From positions 1 to 64,000 of the forward strand of contig JAQGDQ010000944.1 in the NCBI GenBank assembly GCA_030141605.1: a DNA stretch of 64,000 nucleotides, in the 5' to 3' direction. Below are positions 1 through 11,826 of the stretch, piece after piece (within the stretch, counting starts at the first letter, position 1; the number at the start of each line of letters is the position of its first letter). The notes beneath the pieces are model-generated. The model did not search any database. It was not told the DNA's origin and was given only the letters and a program-made list of their open reading frames with translations. This DNA is from Tubiluchus corallicola (taxonomy: Eukaryota; Animalia; Priapulida). A program made the position numbers and the translations under genes.

Positions 1-152
1 CTATACTATATATATATACTAATACTATAATATATATATATTATACAATTAGTTACTTCAAAAATGTACACAAGAATTATCACACTGTTATAAGATACAT
101 CAATGAAATTATTTAAAATGAGTCAAAACTAAAGTTTGGAAATTAAATTTAC

Positions 153-327
153 CGGACGGTTTAGTCTAGTGGTAACGCGTCTGCTTTCCGTCTGGGAGGT
201 CGTGAGTTCGAACCAGCGGCCGGGTCATACCAAAGACTTTAAAAATGGTACCTGCTGTTGCCCTGCCTGACGCGTGGTATTTAGGGTAAAAGTGGGGTAA
301 TAATAGTCTCTGTTATGCAGCTTAGAA

Positions 328-365
<38 letters not shown>
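153..365 (+). mobile_element. tRNA-derived SINE with (TTA)n tail; central segment resembles the MetaSINE domain
   Basis: A-box TAGTCTAGTGG (~162) and B-box GAGTTCGAACC (~204), then GGTCATACCAAAGACTTTAAAAATGGTACC and a TTA tail; second diverged copy at 20299-20476 on minus. Superfamily name is from memory. Confidence 0.75.
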
Positions 366-927
366 GATAAACCATTTGTGGTAAAACTGTTCTTGAATCT
401 ATTTCTAGTTACATGAGTAATTAGTTTAAAAATATGTGCAATTTATTTCTTAATACTTAAAATTGAAATATACAAAGTCTACAGAGTACAGAAGCCATAT
501 TTTTTCTACTATTATGTATTAATAATTATAAAAATAAGTTTGCATTGACATGCACTAGATAAAATTTAATATTTGCTTATTTTTACTAGGTTAGCGTACG
601 TAAACATGCTAGAGAAAGTATGAAATAATTAAAAAACTTTCATTATTCGTATCTCTATATCAGTATTAAATTACATGTGATAGACGCTCTAATAACAGCG
701 TGAAATTATTGAGTTATTGTAAATTTCATTTCTGAAATAATAAGTTTATTTATTTATCAACTTTACAACAAAAAGGTTGAATTACACGACAGCATAAAAT
801 TACAAAATATGGAATTTTTTAAAAAGAATTTTATAAGCAAGATGAAACATGCATGGATGAGCACAATTACACTGTTACAAGCTACGTGAACGAATGAGTC
901 CGTGATACGTTAAAATGAGTCACAACT

Positions 928-1550
928 TAGGATGATTTTTCATATACAACCCCGTTTTCAAGTCCATTAAAAAGTATGCATTTTGACACCATTAATATTT
1001 CAAAAGCGTTTCTGATAATTAAATAATAGATTAAAATCTTAATTAGCGGCGGGCGAGCCCAACTATTGACGACATCACAAACTAACATAATTTTCAACAG
1101 CAAAAATATTCCACGAGCGTGTTGCACGTGTTTGCGAAAGAGAAAATTGAAGTACATTGCTACTGTAAGAGAATCAGTGTGTTGTACTAAAACTTCAACG
1201 TTTCCTTCAAAGTTGTTTGTTGATGACATCACAAACTAACATAATTTTCAACAGCAAAAATATTCCACGAGCGTGTTGCACGTGTTTGCGAAAGAGAAAA
1301 TTGAAGTACAGTGCTACTGTAAGAGAATCAGTGTGTTGTACTAAAACTTCAACGTTTCCTTCAAAGTTGTTTGTTGATGACATCACAAACTAACATAATT
1401 TTCAACAACAAAAATATTCCACGAGAGTGTTACACGTGTTTACGAAAGTGAAAATTGAAGTACAGGCTGTAGGCTGTTGTAGTAAAACTTTAACGTTTCC
1501 CTCAAAATTGTTTGTTTTGACCTACAGTTTAAGATTGGACCGCTTTTGCT
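928..1550 (-). mobile_element. Non-autonomous DNA transposon family A (Kolobok-like), with internal 154-bp x3 tandem duplication
   Basis: Reverse complement of the copies at 1850, 13546, 22037 and 31459; GACATCACAAACTAAC recurs at 1071, 1225 and 1379. Confidence 0.65.
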
Positions 1551-1611
1551 TAAAGTTTAGAAATTAAATAAACCAGTTGAGATAAAACTGTTGTTGAATC
1601 TTTCTGTTCTG

Positions 1612-1760
1612 CATCTAGGTAAGGGGTAGTTCAAATGGTGACGAGTACTGTATGTCAGGGGTAGTTCAAATGGTGGCGAGTACTGTATGTAAGGGGTAGT
1701 TCAAATGGTGGCGAGTACTGTATGTCAGGGGTAGTTCAAATGGTGGCGAGTACTGTATCT
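1612..1760. repeat. 35-bp minisatellite x4
   Basis: GTAAGGGGTAGTTCAAATGGTGGCGAGTACTGTAT repeated. Confidence 0.9.
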
Positions 1761-1849
1761 ATGGGCATCTGGCAATAGAGTTTGGATTTTATTATTCGGA
1801 TTTTGAATTGATAAGAACAACTTTTTGCAAGAATTTTGGCGATGGTTAA

Positions 1850-2481
1850 AGCAAAATCCGACCCCAGTCTTGAACTGTAGGTCAAAATAATCGACTCTTT
1901 AAAATATTGAAAGGAAATATACTATTTTTGAAAAATGATTTACCTGAAAGAATTATCACCACACAAACACAATTTCACGTTCGCGTCGGTAGTCCGTCGC
2001 TGTCCCTATTCATTAGTTAGACGGGCACTAGCGCCTGCATTTCGGAAACGCATTACACAGAAAACAGGTGCTATACTTCTCAGTTTAAATATGTTAGTTT
2101 GTGATGAACTACACACGTTCGACAGGTCATGCATAAGCACAGCTAATAATTTGAAATTTGAATTTTCATCTTAAAACTTGCCTAATTTTAGCACAACACA
2201 CTGAATATCTTACAGTAGCACTGTATTTCAATTTTATCTTTTGCAAACACGTGCAACACGCTCGTGGAATATTTTTGCTTTTGAAAATTATGTTAGTTTG
2301 TGATGTTATCAATAGTTGGATTCGCCCGCCGTAAATTAAGTTTTTAATCTATTATTTAATTATCTGAAACGATTTTGCATTGCAGTATTAAATTATATAC
2401 TTTTCATCGGTATATACTTATATATACTAAATATATACACTTTAAAATGAGGTAGTATGTAAAAAATCAACCTGCCTTCCT
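1850..2481 (+). mobile_element. Family A Kolobok-like non-autonomous element
   Basis: ttaa|AGCAAAA...CCTTCCT|ttaa: TTAA on both flanks with AG...CT termini; multi-copy in the window. Confidence 0.65.
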
Positions 2482-2741
2482 TTAATTAAATGTTGAAGAT
2501 TAACAAAAATTAGAGCATTTATATAGTTTGCATTTGAAAAAAGCGCATCTAAACAGTTTTGAAAAATGTGTTTTGGCGGGGCAGTGGAGCCGTTGAAAAA
2601 GTGCCAATTTTGAAAAATGTGTTTTGGTGGGGCAGTTGCACATAATGAATGAATAACAAACATACTTCACGATGTTCTTCAAGTCTTTTCATGTAAAATA
2701 CTGAAGAGAGTAATAATATTGCACACATAGATGGCAAGAAC

Positions 2742-3722
2742 TTTTCCACATTGTTAATACCACGTTAATGTTCTGTTTGATCTTCATCAACAATGTCATT
2801 TTCCACATCGTTAATACCACGTTAATGTTTCGTTTGATCTTCATCAACAATGTCATTTTCCACATCGTTAATACCACGTTAATGTTCCGTTTGATCTTCA
2901 TCAACAATGTCACTTTCCACATTGTTAATACCACGTTAATGTTCCGTTTGATCTTCATCAACAATGTCACTTTCCACATTGTTAATACCACGTTAATGTT
3001 CTGTTTGATCTTCATCAACAATGTCATTTTCCACATTGTTAATACCACGTTAATGTTCCGTTTGATCTTCATCAACAATGTCATTTTCCACATTGTTAGT
3101 ACCACGTTAATGTTTCGTTTGATCTTCATCAACAATGTCATTTTCCACATTGTTAATACCACGTTAATGTTCCGTTTGATCTTCATCAACAATGTCATTT
3201 TCCACATTGTTAATACCACCGTTAATGTTCTGTTTGATCTTCATCAACAATGTCATTTTCCACATCGTTAATACCACGTTAATGTTTCGTTTGATCTTCA
3301 TCAACAATGTCATTTTCCACATCGTTAATACCACGTTAATGTTCCGTTTGATCTTCATCAACAATGTCACTTTCCACATTGTTAATACCACGTTAATGTT
3401 CCGTTTGATCTTCATCAACAATGTCACTTTCCACATTGTTAATACCACGTTAATGTTCTGTTTGATCTTCATCAACAATGTCATTTTCCACATTGTTAAT
3501 ACCACGTTAATGTTCCGTTTGATCTTCATCAACAATGTCATTTTCCACATTGTTAGTACCACGTTAATGTTTCGTTTGATCTTCATCAACAATGTCATTT
3601 TCCACATTGTTAATACCACGTTAATGTTCCGTTTGATCTTCATCAACAATGTCATTTTCCACATTGTTAATACCACCATTAATGTTCCGTATGATCTTCA
3701 TCAACAATGTCATTTTCCACAT
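2742..3722. repeat. 57-bp tandem array (~17 copies) derived from the last Sp5 codons, stop codon and start of the 3'UTR
   Basis: Minus-strand unit ATGTGGAAAATGACATTGTTGATGAAGATCAAACGGAACATTAACGTGGTATTAACA matches the Sp5 end ([13 protein letters not shown]). Confidence 0.95.
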
Positions 3723-4797
3723 CAATGTCCTCCTCAACTTCCTCTGCATCTTCCGGTTGCTTTGCCTTACTTCTCTTATTATCGTGGGTTTTTAGATGTT
3801 TGCTCAGATGGTCCGAACGCATGAAGCGTTTGCCGCATTCTTGACACGCGAATCTTTTCTCTCCCGTGTGCGTGCGTAAATGACGTTGCAGCTCGTCGCT
3901 ACGGGTAAAACTCTTACCACAGAACAACCAGTTGCACACGAACGGTCGCTCTCCCGTGTGCCACCTCAGATGTGCCTTTAGATGAGACGTCTTTCCGTAG
4001 ACCTTACCACAACCGGGAATATGACATATGTGCTGCTTCCGTTTGCCGGGATTGCCGGAATTGCTCGAATCCTGGCAATTTGGACATCTGCATCTTCGGC
4101 ACCGTCTCGCCGTTGCCAAAGGTTTTTGTGTCAACATGTTGACTAGTTGATTCTGATATTCTGGTGACTGACTGAGCATCATTTGATGAGCTGGCGAAAG
4201 AGGGTAACCATACGATGGCGGCGTGAGAGGAGCCGCTGACTTCTGCGGACTCTGTAAGCTCCACCAGGGAACCTCCGCTTCGGATTTGGGTGACACTTGA
4301 TTTGGCACGTTGATGAACTGCATTTGATTGTAGTTGCTCACCTGCATGCCAATTTGCGTTTGCACCAAAGTCGCATGATTGTGGTGCATTGGCTGTTGAG
4401 AACTACCGTGCATCTGTCCATGAAGCTGATGACCGAACTGCAGGGGTTCCGCCGGAGGCGTGAGCGGCAACTCGTGCGTCCTAAAATTTGGCGGCTGCAG
4501 CTGCGACATCGTACTCGTGTTCACCGACAGTTCGGAGTGCTGAAACACCGGATGATGATGATGATGGTGATGATGATTCGTCAAACCAGCTGGAGTCGGA
4601 TGATGATGATGGTGATGATGATGTCCTTTCAACACGTTGGACATGGTCGTTGGTGCAAACGTTGCCGGAGCATGGACGCTTGCCTGATGTCCAAGACGAT
4701 TACACTGAGCTGCCATCATTGCTAGAGGATTTGCTTTCACCTCCGGGGCCGGCTGCGCCATATTGGTCACTCCCATGTTGCCAGGCATAAAACATTC
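3679..4797 (-). CDS. Sp5: Sp5/buttonhead-family transcription factor, exon 2
   Basis: Sp box [22 protein letters not shown], Btd box [12 protein letters not shown] and three C2H2 fingers ([25 protein letters not shown]...); acceptor tttttatag|GAA, phase 0. Confidence 0.93.
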   Translation of the reverse strand, partial: ECFMPGNMGVTNMAQPAPEVKANPLAMMAAQCNRLGHQASVHAPATFAPTTMSNVLKGHHHHHHHHPTPAGLTNHHHHHHHHPVFQHSELSVNTSTMSQLQPPNFRTHELPLTPPAEPLQFGHQLHGQMHGSSQQPMHHNHATLVQTQIGMQVSNYNQMQFINVPNQVSPKSEAEVPWWSLQSPQKSAAPLTPPSYGYPLSPAHQMMLSQSPEYQNQLVNMLTQKPLATARRCRRCRCPNCQDSSNSGNPGKRKQHICHIPGCGKVYGKTSHLKAHLRWHTGERPFVCNWLFCGKSFTRSDELQRHLRTHTGEKRFACQECGKRFMRSDHLSKHLKTHDNKRSKAKQPEDAEEVEEDIDVENDIVDEDHTEH

Positions 4798-4889
4798 CTA
4801 TAAAAAATTATACAATTAAATTAACATAATTTATCTGCAGGATCATTTCAATTCAATTCAATTTATTGTGCAATTATGAATTTAACATG

Positions 4890-5062
4890 ACATACTCTGG
4901 CAAGTACAAAATGAAATACTATGTATGTACTACTACAGTTTACTAATATATATATAAGTAATATATTGGTATATATTAGTATATTAATATATATTAGTAA
5001 TATATATATTAGTAAACTGTAGTTCTCCATATATATTTTTTCATTTTGTATTAGCCAATATG
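4890..5062. repeat. AT-rich imperfect palindrome (foldback) in the Sp5 intron
   Basis: TACAAAATGAAA...CTACAGTTTACTAATATATAT mirrored by ATATATTAGTAAACTGTAG...TTTCATTTTGTA. Confidence 0.7.
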
Positions 5063-5337
5063 TATATATATATATATATATATATAATTTGAAGTACTAC
5101 TGCTTAATTATACTAGCTATTATAAGATACTAATACAATTATATTATTAGTTAAACTGATTGAGGTTTTGGCTGCCCAATTGATACTTGCTGGTAGTCAT
5201 AGATACTATAATTAATTACTACAATATGCAAAGGTTTACATTACTATAATTATGACTATTACATGATTTTTAGTCATTGACTTTTGTACAAAGTTTATCC
5301 AGTAACTATAAAATTATTGCATGGCATGTGATCGTTA

Positions 5338-6230
5338 ATCAATCAATGAATCAATCAATCAATCAATTTATTTCACTCCAGCAATACATATACAATACAT
5401 CAACGTACAATATTATTGAAAAAAAAGAAACAGTATAGGTAAAAAACGTTGATGAAGTCAAATTAACCAAATATAAAGAGTTGCTGTATGACACCTTGAA
5501 AGCTTGGCTTGTTAAGGTGGCACAAATGAGTGAATGAAAGATGGTTAGGGTTAAGACATGATGGAATGAAAAAAATAGTAAGATTAGGGATAGGAAGAAG
5601 GAAGAGAGGAGAGGATGAGTGAATGAAAGAATGGTTAGGATTAGTAGACATGATGGAATGGAAAAAATAGTGAGATTAGGGATAGGAAGAAGGAAGAGAG
5701 GAGAGGATGAGTGAATGAAAGAATGGTTAGGATTAGTAGACATGATGGAATGGAAAAAATAGTGAGATTAGGGATAGGAAGAAGGAAGGGAGGGGAGGAT
5801 GAGTGAATGAAAGAATGGTTAGGGTTAGTAGACATGATGGAATGGAAAAAAATAGTAAGATTAGGGATAGGAAGAAGGAAGGGAGGGAAGGATGAGTGAA
5901 TGAAAGAATGGTTAGTGTTAGTAGACATGATGGAATGGAGAAAATAGTAAGATTAGGGATAAGAAGAAGGAAAAGAGGAGAAGAAACGATCACAATATAT
6001 GTTTAATTTACCTAGAGGTATAGTAAAATAGCATTATAATTGATTGGAGGCCATATATTGCGACTGCATGAGACATGGAACCGTTAAAATTGTATTATAA
6101 GTATGAATCAAAAATGGTCCTTTTCAAGTACTTTTTGAAACTATAAATAGTTTTGTGTATTTTTACTTGGGCACTTATTTTATTCCAGTTATTGGGGGCT
6201 GTGAATCTAATAAAGTTAAAAGCAAACTCT
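5338..6230 (-). mobile_element. 5'-truncated LINE 3' end with (ATTG)n tail and a ~90-bp x5 tandem array in its 3'UTR
   Basis: Minus strand reads FIRFTAPNNWNKISAQVKIHKTIYSFKKYLKR, like a LINE ORF2 C-terminus; (TCAA)n at 5338-5365; repeats at 5527-5985. Confidence 0.55.
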
Positions 6231-6689
6231 CAGTTAATTTCGATACTGTATATTGAACTAGTCATTGACACACACTGACAAGTTCAATATACAGCATGAA
6301 AATTAACTGACAATTTGCATTTAACGATCACATGCCAGACGATAATTTTATAGTTACTGGATAAACTTTGTACAAAAGTCAAAAACAAAATTAAAATTGA
6401 ATTACAATGTTAAGTTAACTGCACAAATACGTATAATGTACATTGGCAAAACATACTATAAAAGATACATGATGTCAAATAATACGTACATATAAACCTG
6501 ATTCATATCAAGTTTGTGAGAAAAGTTATTTTTCAGTGATAGTAATAAAAATAATTAGCATTTTTTGTATCATTTGTATACTAACATGGATAAGTTAACT
6601 ACATAATTAAAAAGAAGTACACTGATACGAAATCACAGTTAAATATCGTATGTTTCAGCAATGTATAGAAAATTAGTACTCTGATTATT

Positions 6690-7014
6690 ACCCTAATAAT
6701 TACTGATTAATTGTATTGTTTTGTTTAGATTTAGGTATGTAACTTTATTATTTTTTGTTTTCACTACTTTTTTGATAATTTGTATCATTTATACTGTTTT
6801 TATTATTTTTTTTTCTTATTTGTTTTTTGTTTTTCTTAGCTGCAGCATCACCATTTAATTTTAATAGACTAATTTATTTATAAGAAAGGGCAGGAGACTA
6901 GATGACCCTATGGTCCTTCCCTGCCCTGCTCCGTGATAATAATTACGTAATATTTAAAAAACTTTTGATGTCAAACAAATTGGAGAAAATAAATGTTCTA
7001 TGTTCTATGTTCTA
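6690..7014 (+). mobile_element. Retroposon 3' fragment with stem-loop and (CTATGTT)n tail
   Basis: Homologous to 21497-21830 (minus) and related to 53677-54260; AATAAA followed by a short tandem tail. Confidence 0.6.
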
Positions 7015-7306
7015 CAGTAGTATCTATCCCAGGTATTTAAATAAACATTTATAAAAAACAAATAACGAAAGAGTTAAGATTAATAATTAATTAATTAGTT
7101 AAGATTAAAGTTTGCTGCAGTAACACTGACTAAAACAAACAAAATTAAAGTTGAATTAAATGCTAAATTAAATGTTTTACTTTGAAATGAAAATGATTGT
7201 TAGTTTACAAACGTTTTGCAGCCACTAGTGTTGTTATTCGCAATTTATTTACTTGACAAATTACAGCGTCTCAAAAGTGTAAACAAAAACAAAATAGTTT
7301 ACGAAC

Positions 7307-7369
7307 CTGAAGTAAATGTAACCCGTGATGATGTGGAGCGGGTCTGGTGAACACCGCTGTCGCCATCAT
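7307..7369 (-). CDS. Sp5: Sp5 exon 1 (MMATAVFTRPAPHHHGLHLLQ)
   Basis: ATG to CAG|GTTCGT donor, 63 nt, phase 0, matching exon 2; short first exon ending in LQ as in vertebrate Sp5; lies just downstream of a promoter-like island. Confidence 0.75.
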
Positions 7370-7529
7370 TAACGTATAACACTTTCTCTTTTATTTAAAT
7401 GAATTTATTCCACGTAACACGACATGCACTGTACGAAGTCTCGAATGAAACTAGCAGCTCCCCTCCTAGTTCATTGCATTTTTCTATCCTATGCGTGAAT
7501 AGGCACTACACACTTCATACACAAATATT

Positions 7530-7835
7530 CGTACTTTGAAGTGCCGCCAGCCAATGTCAACACGCAGAATCACGTTTGCAGACGCCGCCAGCCAATCAGA
7601 GCGCGTCGGCGGGTTATTTAAAAAGAAATCCGATCTTTTATGTCCATATGCTCGGCAGTGAGTGTTTGTTGACAGTCATAATAGCCGTGATTATGCGTAG
7701 TTATTAGAGGGGCTGGCTGGGGCGGGGCACTTGTCCCCTGTTGGGCGCTTTATACTACGCCGTAATTGGATTCAAGATCAAAGGCACTCCGCTAGCCGGC
7801 TCGCCCGCGATTGGCTGCACGCGATCACGTGACTT
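7530..7835. promoter_or_regulatory. Sp5 proximal promoter (CpG-rich; TCF sites, helper sites, GC box, CCAAT, E-box)
   Basis: CTTTGAAG 7534 next to GCCGCCA 7543; GCCGCCAGCCAAT ~7584; GGGGCGGGGC 7719; AGATCAAAGG 7775; TCACGTGA 7825. Confidence 0.7.
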
Positions 7836-8189
7836 GCGCAAGTGCTAAACCCGCTCTATTGTTGTTGAGACCCCCTTTGTGAGTGACTCTAATTTAGTAT
7901 TTGGACTGTTGGATGTGAAGAGATCAGAGACGCCGCCTCGGTGGGATATCCTCTCCAAATTGCTCAATTTGATCCTGGTTTTTTGCAGTTGCATGTTTCA
8001 CCCTGGGGGTAGGGTTAATACAGTAGCTGTGCTATGGCTGTATGTGTAACCATATCTGTATTTATTGCACTGTGCCGCATCCGCGCGCTGATAAATACAT
8101 AAAGTTTTATGTTTGTATGGCGCTGAGTTTTACTGATGTAGTTTTCTTCTCTAGCTGGTGGTCATTTACTGGTAAATTTTGAAAAGAAA

Positions 8190-9062
8190 AATGTTATAGT
8201 TATTGGCGTCCTAGTGATGGTTATAAGTATTGTTATTGTTATTGTTATTGTTATTGTTATTGTTATTGTTATTGTTATTGTTATTGTTATTGTTGTTGTT
8301 GTTATTGTCATTGTTGTTGTTATAGTTATTGTTGTTCTTGTTGTTATCGTCATTGTCATTGTTGTTGTTATTGTTATTGTTATAGGCTTTCTAATTTTAG
8401 CTATTGTGATTATTGTCATTGTCGTTGTCATTTTCAATTTTCATTGTTGTCGTTATAGTTATAGTCATTGTTACTGTTATTGTTTTTGGCGTTCTAGTTT
8501 TAGCTATTGTTATTATTGTCGTTGTCATTGCCATTGTCACTGTCATTTTCAATTTTCATTGTTGTTGTTATAATTATAGTCATTGTTACTGTTATTGTCA
8601 TTGTCATTGTCATTGTCATTGTTACTGTTATTGTTATTGTTTTTGGCGTTCTAGTTTTAGCTATTGTTATTATTGTCATTGTCATTGTCGTTGCCACTTT
8701 CATTGTTGTCGTTATAGTTATAGTCATTGTTACTGTTATTGTCATTGTCATTGTTACTGTTATTGCTATTGTTATTGGCGTTCTAGTTTTAGCTATTATT
8801 ATTGTCATTGTCATTGCCGTTGCCATTTTCATTGTTGTCGTTATAGTTATAGTCATTGTTACTGTTATTGTCAATCTCATTGGCATTGTCATTGTTACTG
8901 TTATTGTTATTGGCGTTCTAGTTTTAGCTAATGTTATTATTGTCATTGCCATTGTCGCTGTCATTTTCAATTTTTATTGTTGTTGTTATAATTATAGTCA
9001 TTCTTACTGTTATTGTCATTGTCATTGTCGCTGTCATTTTCAATTTTTATTGTTGTTAAAGT
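8190..9062. repeat. Low-complexity (TTGTTA/TTGTCA) repeat with higher-order units
   Basis: Read directly from sequence. Confidence 0.9.
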
Positions 9063-9159
9063 TATACCTATAGTTTCAGTTATTGAAAAAAGTACAAAAA
9101 AATCACATAATCTAAATGTTAATTATTTACCAGCTGTAAGGAAATCAGCCATCATAGAC

Positions 9160-9455
9160 AAGGATCCAGGTAAAAAAGTCACAGGTAAAAAAGTATCGCG
9201 TAAAAAAAGTCATGATTAAAAAGGCTATGGGTAAAAAAGTCACAGATTAAAAATGTCACAGGAAAAAAGTCACAGGTCAGAGTGTTACAGGTAAAAAAGA
9301 ACAAGAGAAGAGTCACAGGAAAAAAGTCACAGGAAAAAAGTCACAGGTAAAATAGAACAGGAGAAAACCTAACCCTAATCAAAGTTAACCCAAACTCTAA
9401 CATAATCCTAATCCTAATCCTAACAAAATTAATTGTGACTTCATTACCTGTCACC
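9160..9455. repeat. AAAAAAGTCACAGG array followed by a CCTAAC/CCTAAT tract (probable non-autonomous element)
   Basis: Similar architecture in reverse at 17160-17440 and at 37185-38190. Confidence 0.6.
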
Positions 9456-9683
9456 CTCCTCAACAGTTTCAAAACCAACAGTTTGACAGTTAGGCAGAAT
9501 AATTTAGTTTTCCATCCAGACACAAACTTCACATTTGGAAATTCATATTAACATTTTGAAAATCATGCACATTTTTGAAATAAGAATAAACGATTTTAAT
9601 CTTTTGTTATTCTTTTTTATTATCTATTGATTTTTGCTTATTAATATATTGCGTTTTTAACCTATTTTCACTATCTCTTGAAT

Positions 9684-10372
9684 GTACCAAACTTACCTGT
9701 ACCAAACTTACCTGTACCAAACTTACCTGTACCGTACTTACCTGTACCGTACTTACCTGTACCAAACTTACCTGTACCAAACTTACCTGTACCAAACTTA
9801 CCTGTACCAAACTTACCGGTACCAAACTTACCTGTACCAAACTTACCGGTACCAAACTTACCTGTATAAAACTTACCTGTACAAAACTTACTTGTTTAAA
9901 ACTTACCTGTACCAAACTTACCTGTACCAAACTTACCTGTACCAAACTTACCTGTACCAAACTTACCTGTATAAAACTTACCTGTACAAAACTTACTTGT
10001 TTAAAACTTACCTGTACCAAACTTACCTGTACCGTACTTACCTGTACCAAACTTACCTGTACCAAACTTACCTGTACCAAACTTACCTGTACCAAACTTA
10101 CCTGTATAAAACTTACCTGTACAAAACTTACTTGTTTAAAACTTACCTGTACCAAACTTACCTGTATAAAACTTACCTGTACCAAACTTACCTGTATAAA
10201 ACTTACCTGTTCAAAACTTACTTGTATAAAACTTACCTGTACCAAACTTACCTGTATAAAACTTACCTGTACCAAACTTACCTGTATAAAACTTACCTGT
10301 ACCAAACTTACCTGTATAAAACTTACCTGTACCAAACTTACCTGTATAAAACTTACCTGTACCAAACTTACC
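9684..10372. repeat. 15-bp minisatellite (~45 copies)
   Basis: ACTTACCTGTACCAA repeated. Confidence 0.95.
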
Positions 10373-10661
10373 GCGCACCAGTCCAAAGTATTGGTTACCA
10401 CAACAAGAAAGTAAAAGCAAATAGATATTGAGTTGCACCCCACTCCTGGATTTATCCTGGAGTTTCCCGAAATTGAGCCATAGATTCGTAGTTCGGTCGG
10501 ATTTGAGAAAAAATTCTCAAATTTCCTGATTTTGTCCATCAGATTGAAATTTAAGTGGAAATAAACGGAAATAAATCTTGTTGAAACGTTAAGAACTAGG
10601 CTAAAAACAACGGAATCTCCAAAGTAAAATAGTAAACTTATTAAATTAAGTTTATTCGTTT

Positions 10662-10905
10662 ACATGGCTTCATTTCACTCCTTCTACATGGCTTCATTTC
10701 ACTCCTTCTACATGGCTTCAATTCACTCCTTCTACATGGCTTCATTTCATTCCTTCTACATGGCTACATTTCACTCCTTCTACATGGCTTCATTTTACTC
10801 CTTCTACATGGCTTCATTTCACTCCTTCTACATGTCTTCATTTCACTCACTTCTACATGGCTTCATGTCACCCCTTCTACATGGCTTCATGTCACTCCTT
10901 CTACG
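10662..10905. repeat. 24-bp minisatellite (~10 copies)
   Basis: ACATGGCTTCATTTCACTCCTTCT repeated. Confidence 0.95.
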
Positions 10906-11331
10906 CTTTCCACCAATTTTTGCTGCAACGGTAAATAGTCAAGTGTTTTTCAGTTTAACTTTAATTCACAAACTTAAAGTGTTTAATAATTTGATCGCTA
11001 AAAACTTAAAAGAAACGTGAGAAAGGCACTGGAACGATGACCAAACTCCAAAAATTCATGTCCTACTTGCACTTTTACAAATTTTAGACATTTAGGGTTT
11101 TTTAGTCAAAAAATCTACTACTTTGTGGTTTAAATTTTCTAGATTTTTCTTTCAGAAAAGGCTTCATAAAACGTCTAAAACTCATTAACCTTGTGTTGTT
11201 TTGCTCCCCGAGATTAATCTACTTTTGGCTCCTGATTTGGGTTCGTGACGAAGTGGCTACCCTAGTAAACATGGCGTTTCTGACATTTCATCCCACGTGA
11301 CCTATAATAGCAGCTTCGTATAAATTGCATT

Positions 11332-11826
11332 GCTGTTTGGGGTGTTTTTTTTCACTCTCCCTGACTGCATGTTCAAAGCCTGGAATGGCCCAAGAGGAAA
11401 CATGGCTGTTAGGGGTGTTTTTCTCACTCACCCAGACTGCATGTTCAAAGCCTGGAATGGCACAAGAGGAAACATGGCTGTTTGGGGTGTTTTTTTCACT
11501 CTCCCTGTCTGTTCAAAACCCTGGAATGGCCCATGAGAAAACACGACTGTTTGTGGTGTTTTTTTTTCACTCACCCTGACTGTTCAAAGCCTGGAATGGC
11601 CCATGAGAAAACACGGCTGTTTGGGGTGTTTTTTTTCACTCACCCTGTCTGTTCAAAGCCTGGAATGGCCCAAGAGAAAACACGGCTGTTTGGGGTGTTT
11701 TTTTCACTCTCCCTGTCTGCATGTTCAAAGCCTGGAATGGCCCAAGAGACGACATGGCTGTTTGGGGTGTTTTTTTCACTCACCCTGACTGTTCAAAGCC
11801 TGGAATGGCCCTAGAGAAAACATGGC
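11332..11826. repeat. ~66-70-bp minisatellite (~7 copies)
   Basis: GTTCAAAGCCTGGAATGGCCC...GTTTGGGGTGTTTTTTTCACTC repeated. Confidence 0.9.

Noticed and set aside
153-225. Possible tRNA gene
   Set aside because: No convincing cloverleaf, and it continues into a SINE body and tail with a second diverged copy; treated as a SINE head.
2689-3824. Long repetitive ORFs (VVLTMWKMTLL..., MFRLIFINN...)
   Set aside because: They are alternative-frame translations of the 57-bp array; the Sp5 frame stops at 3679.
8162-10539. Ile/Val-, Cys/Tyr- and QVSLV-rich ORFs
   Set aside because: Micro- and minisatellite translations with no domain or splice support.
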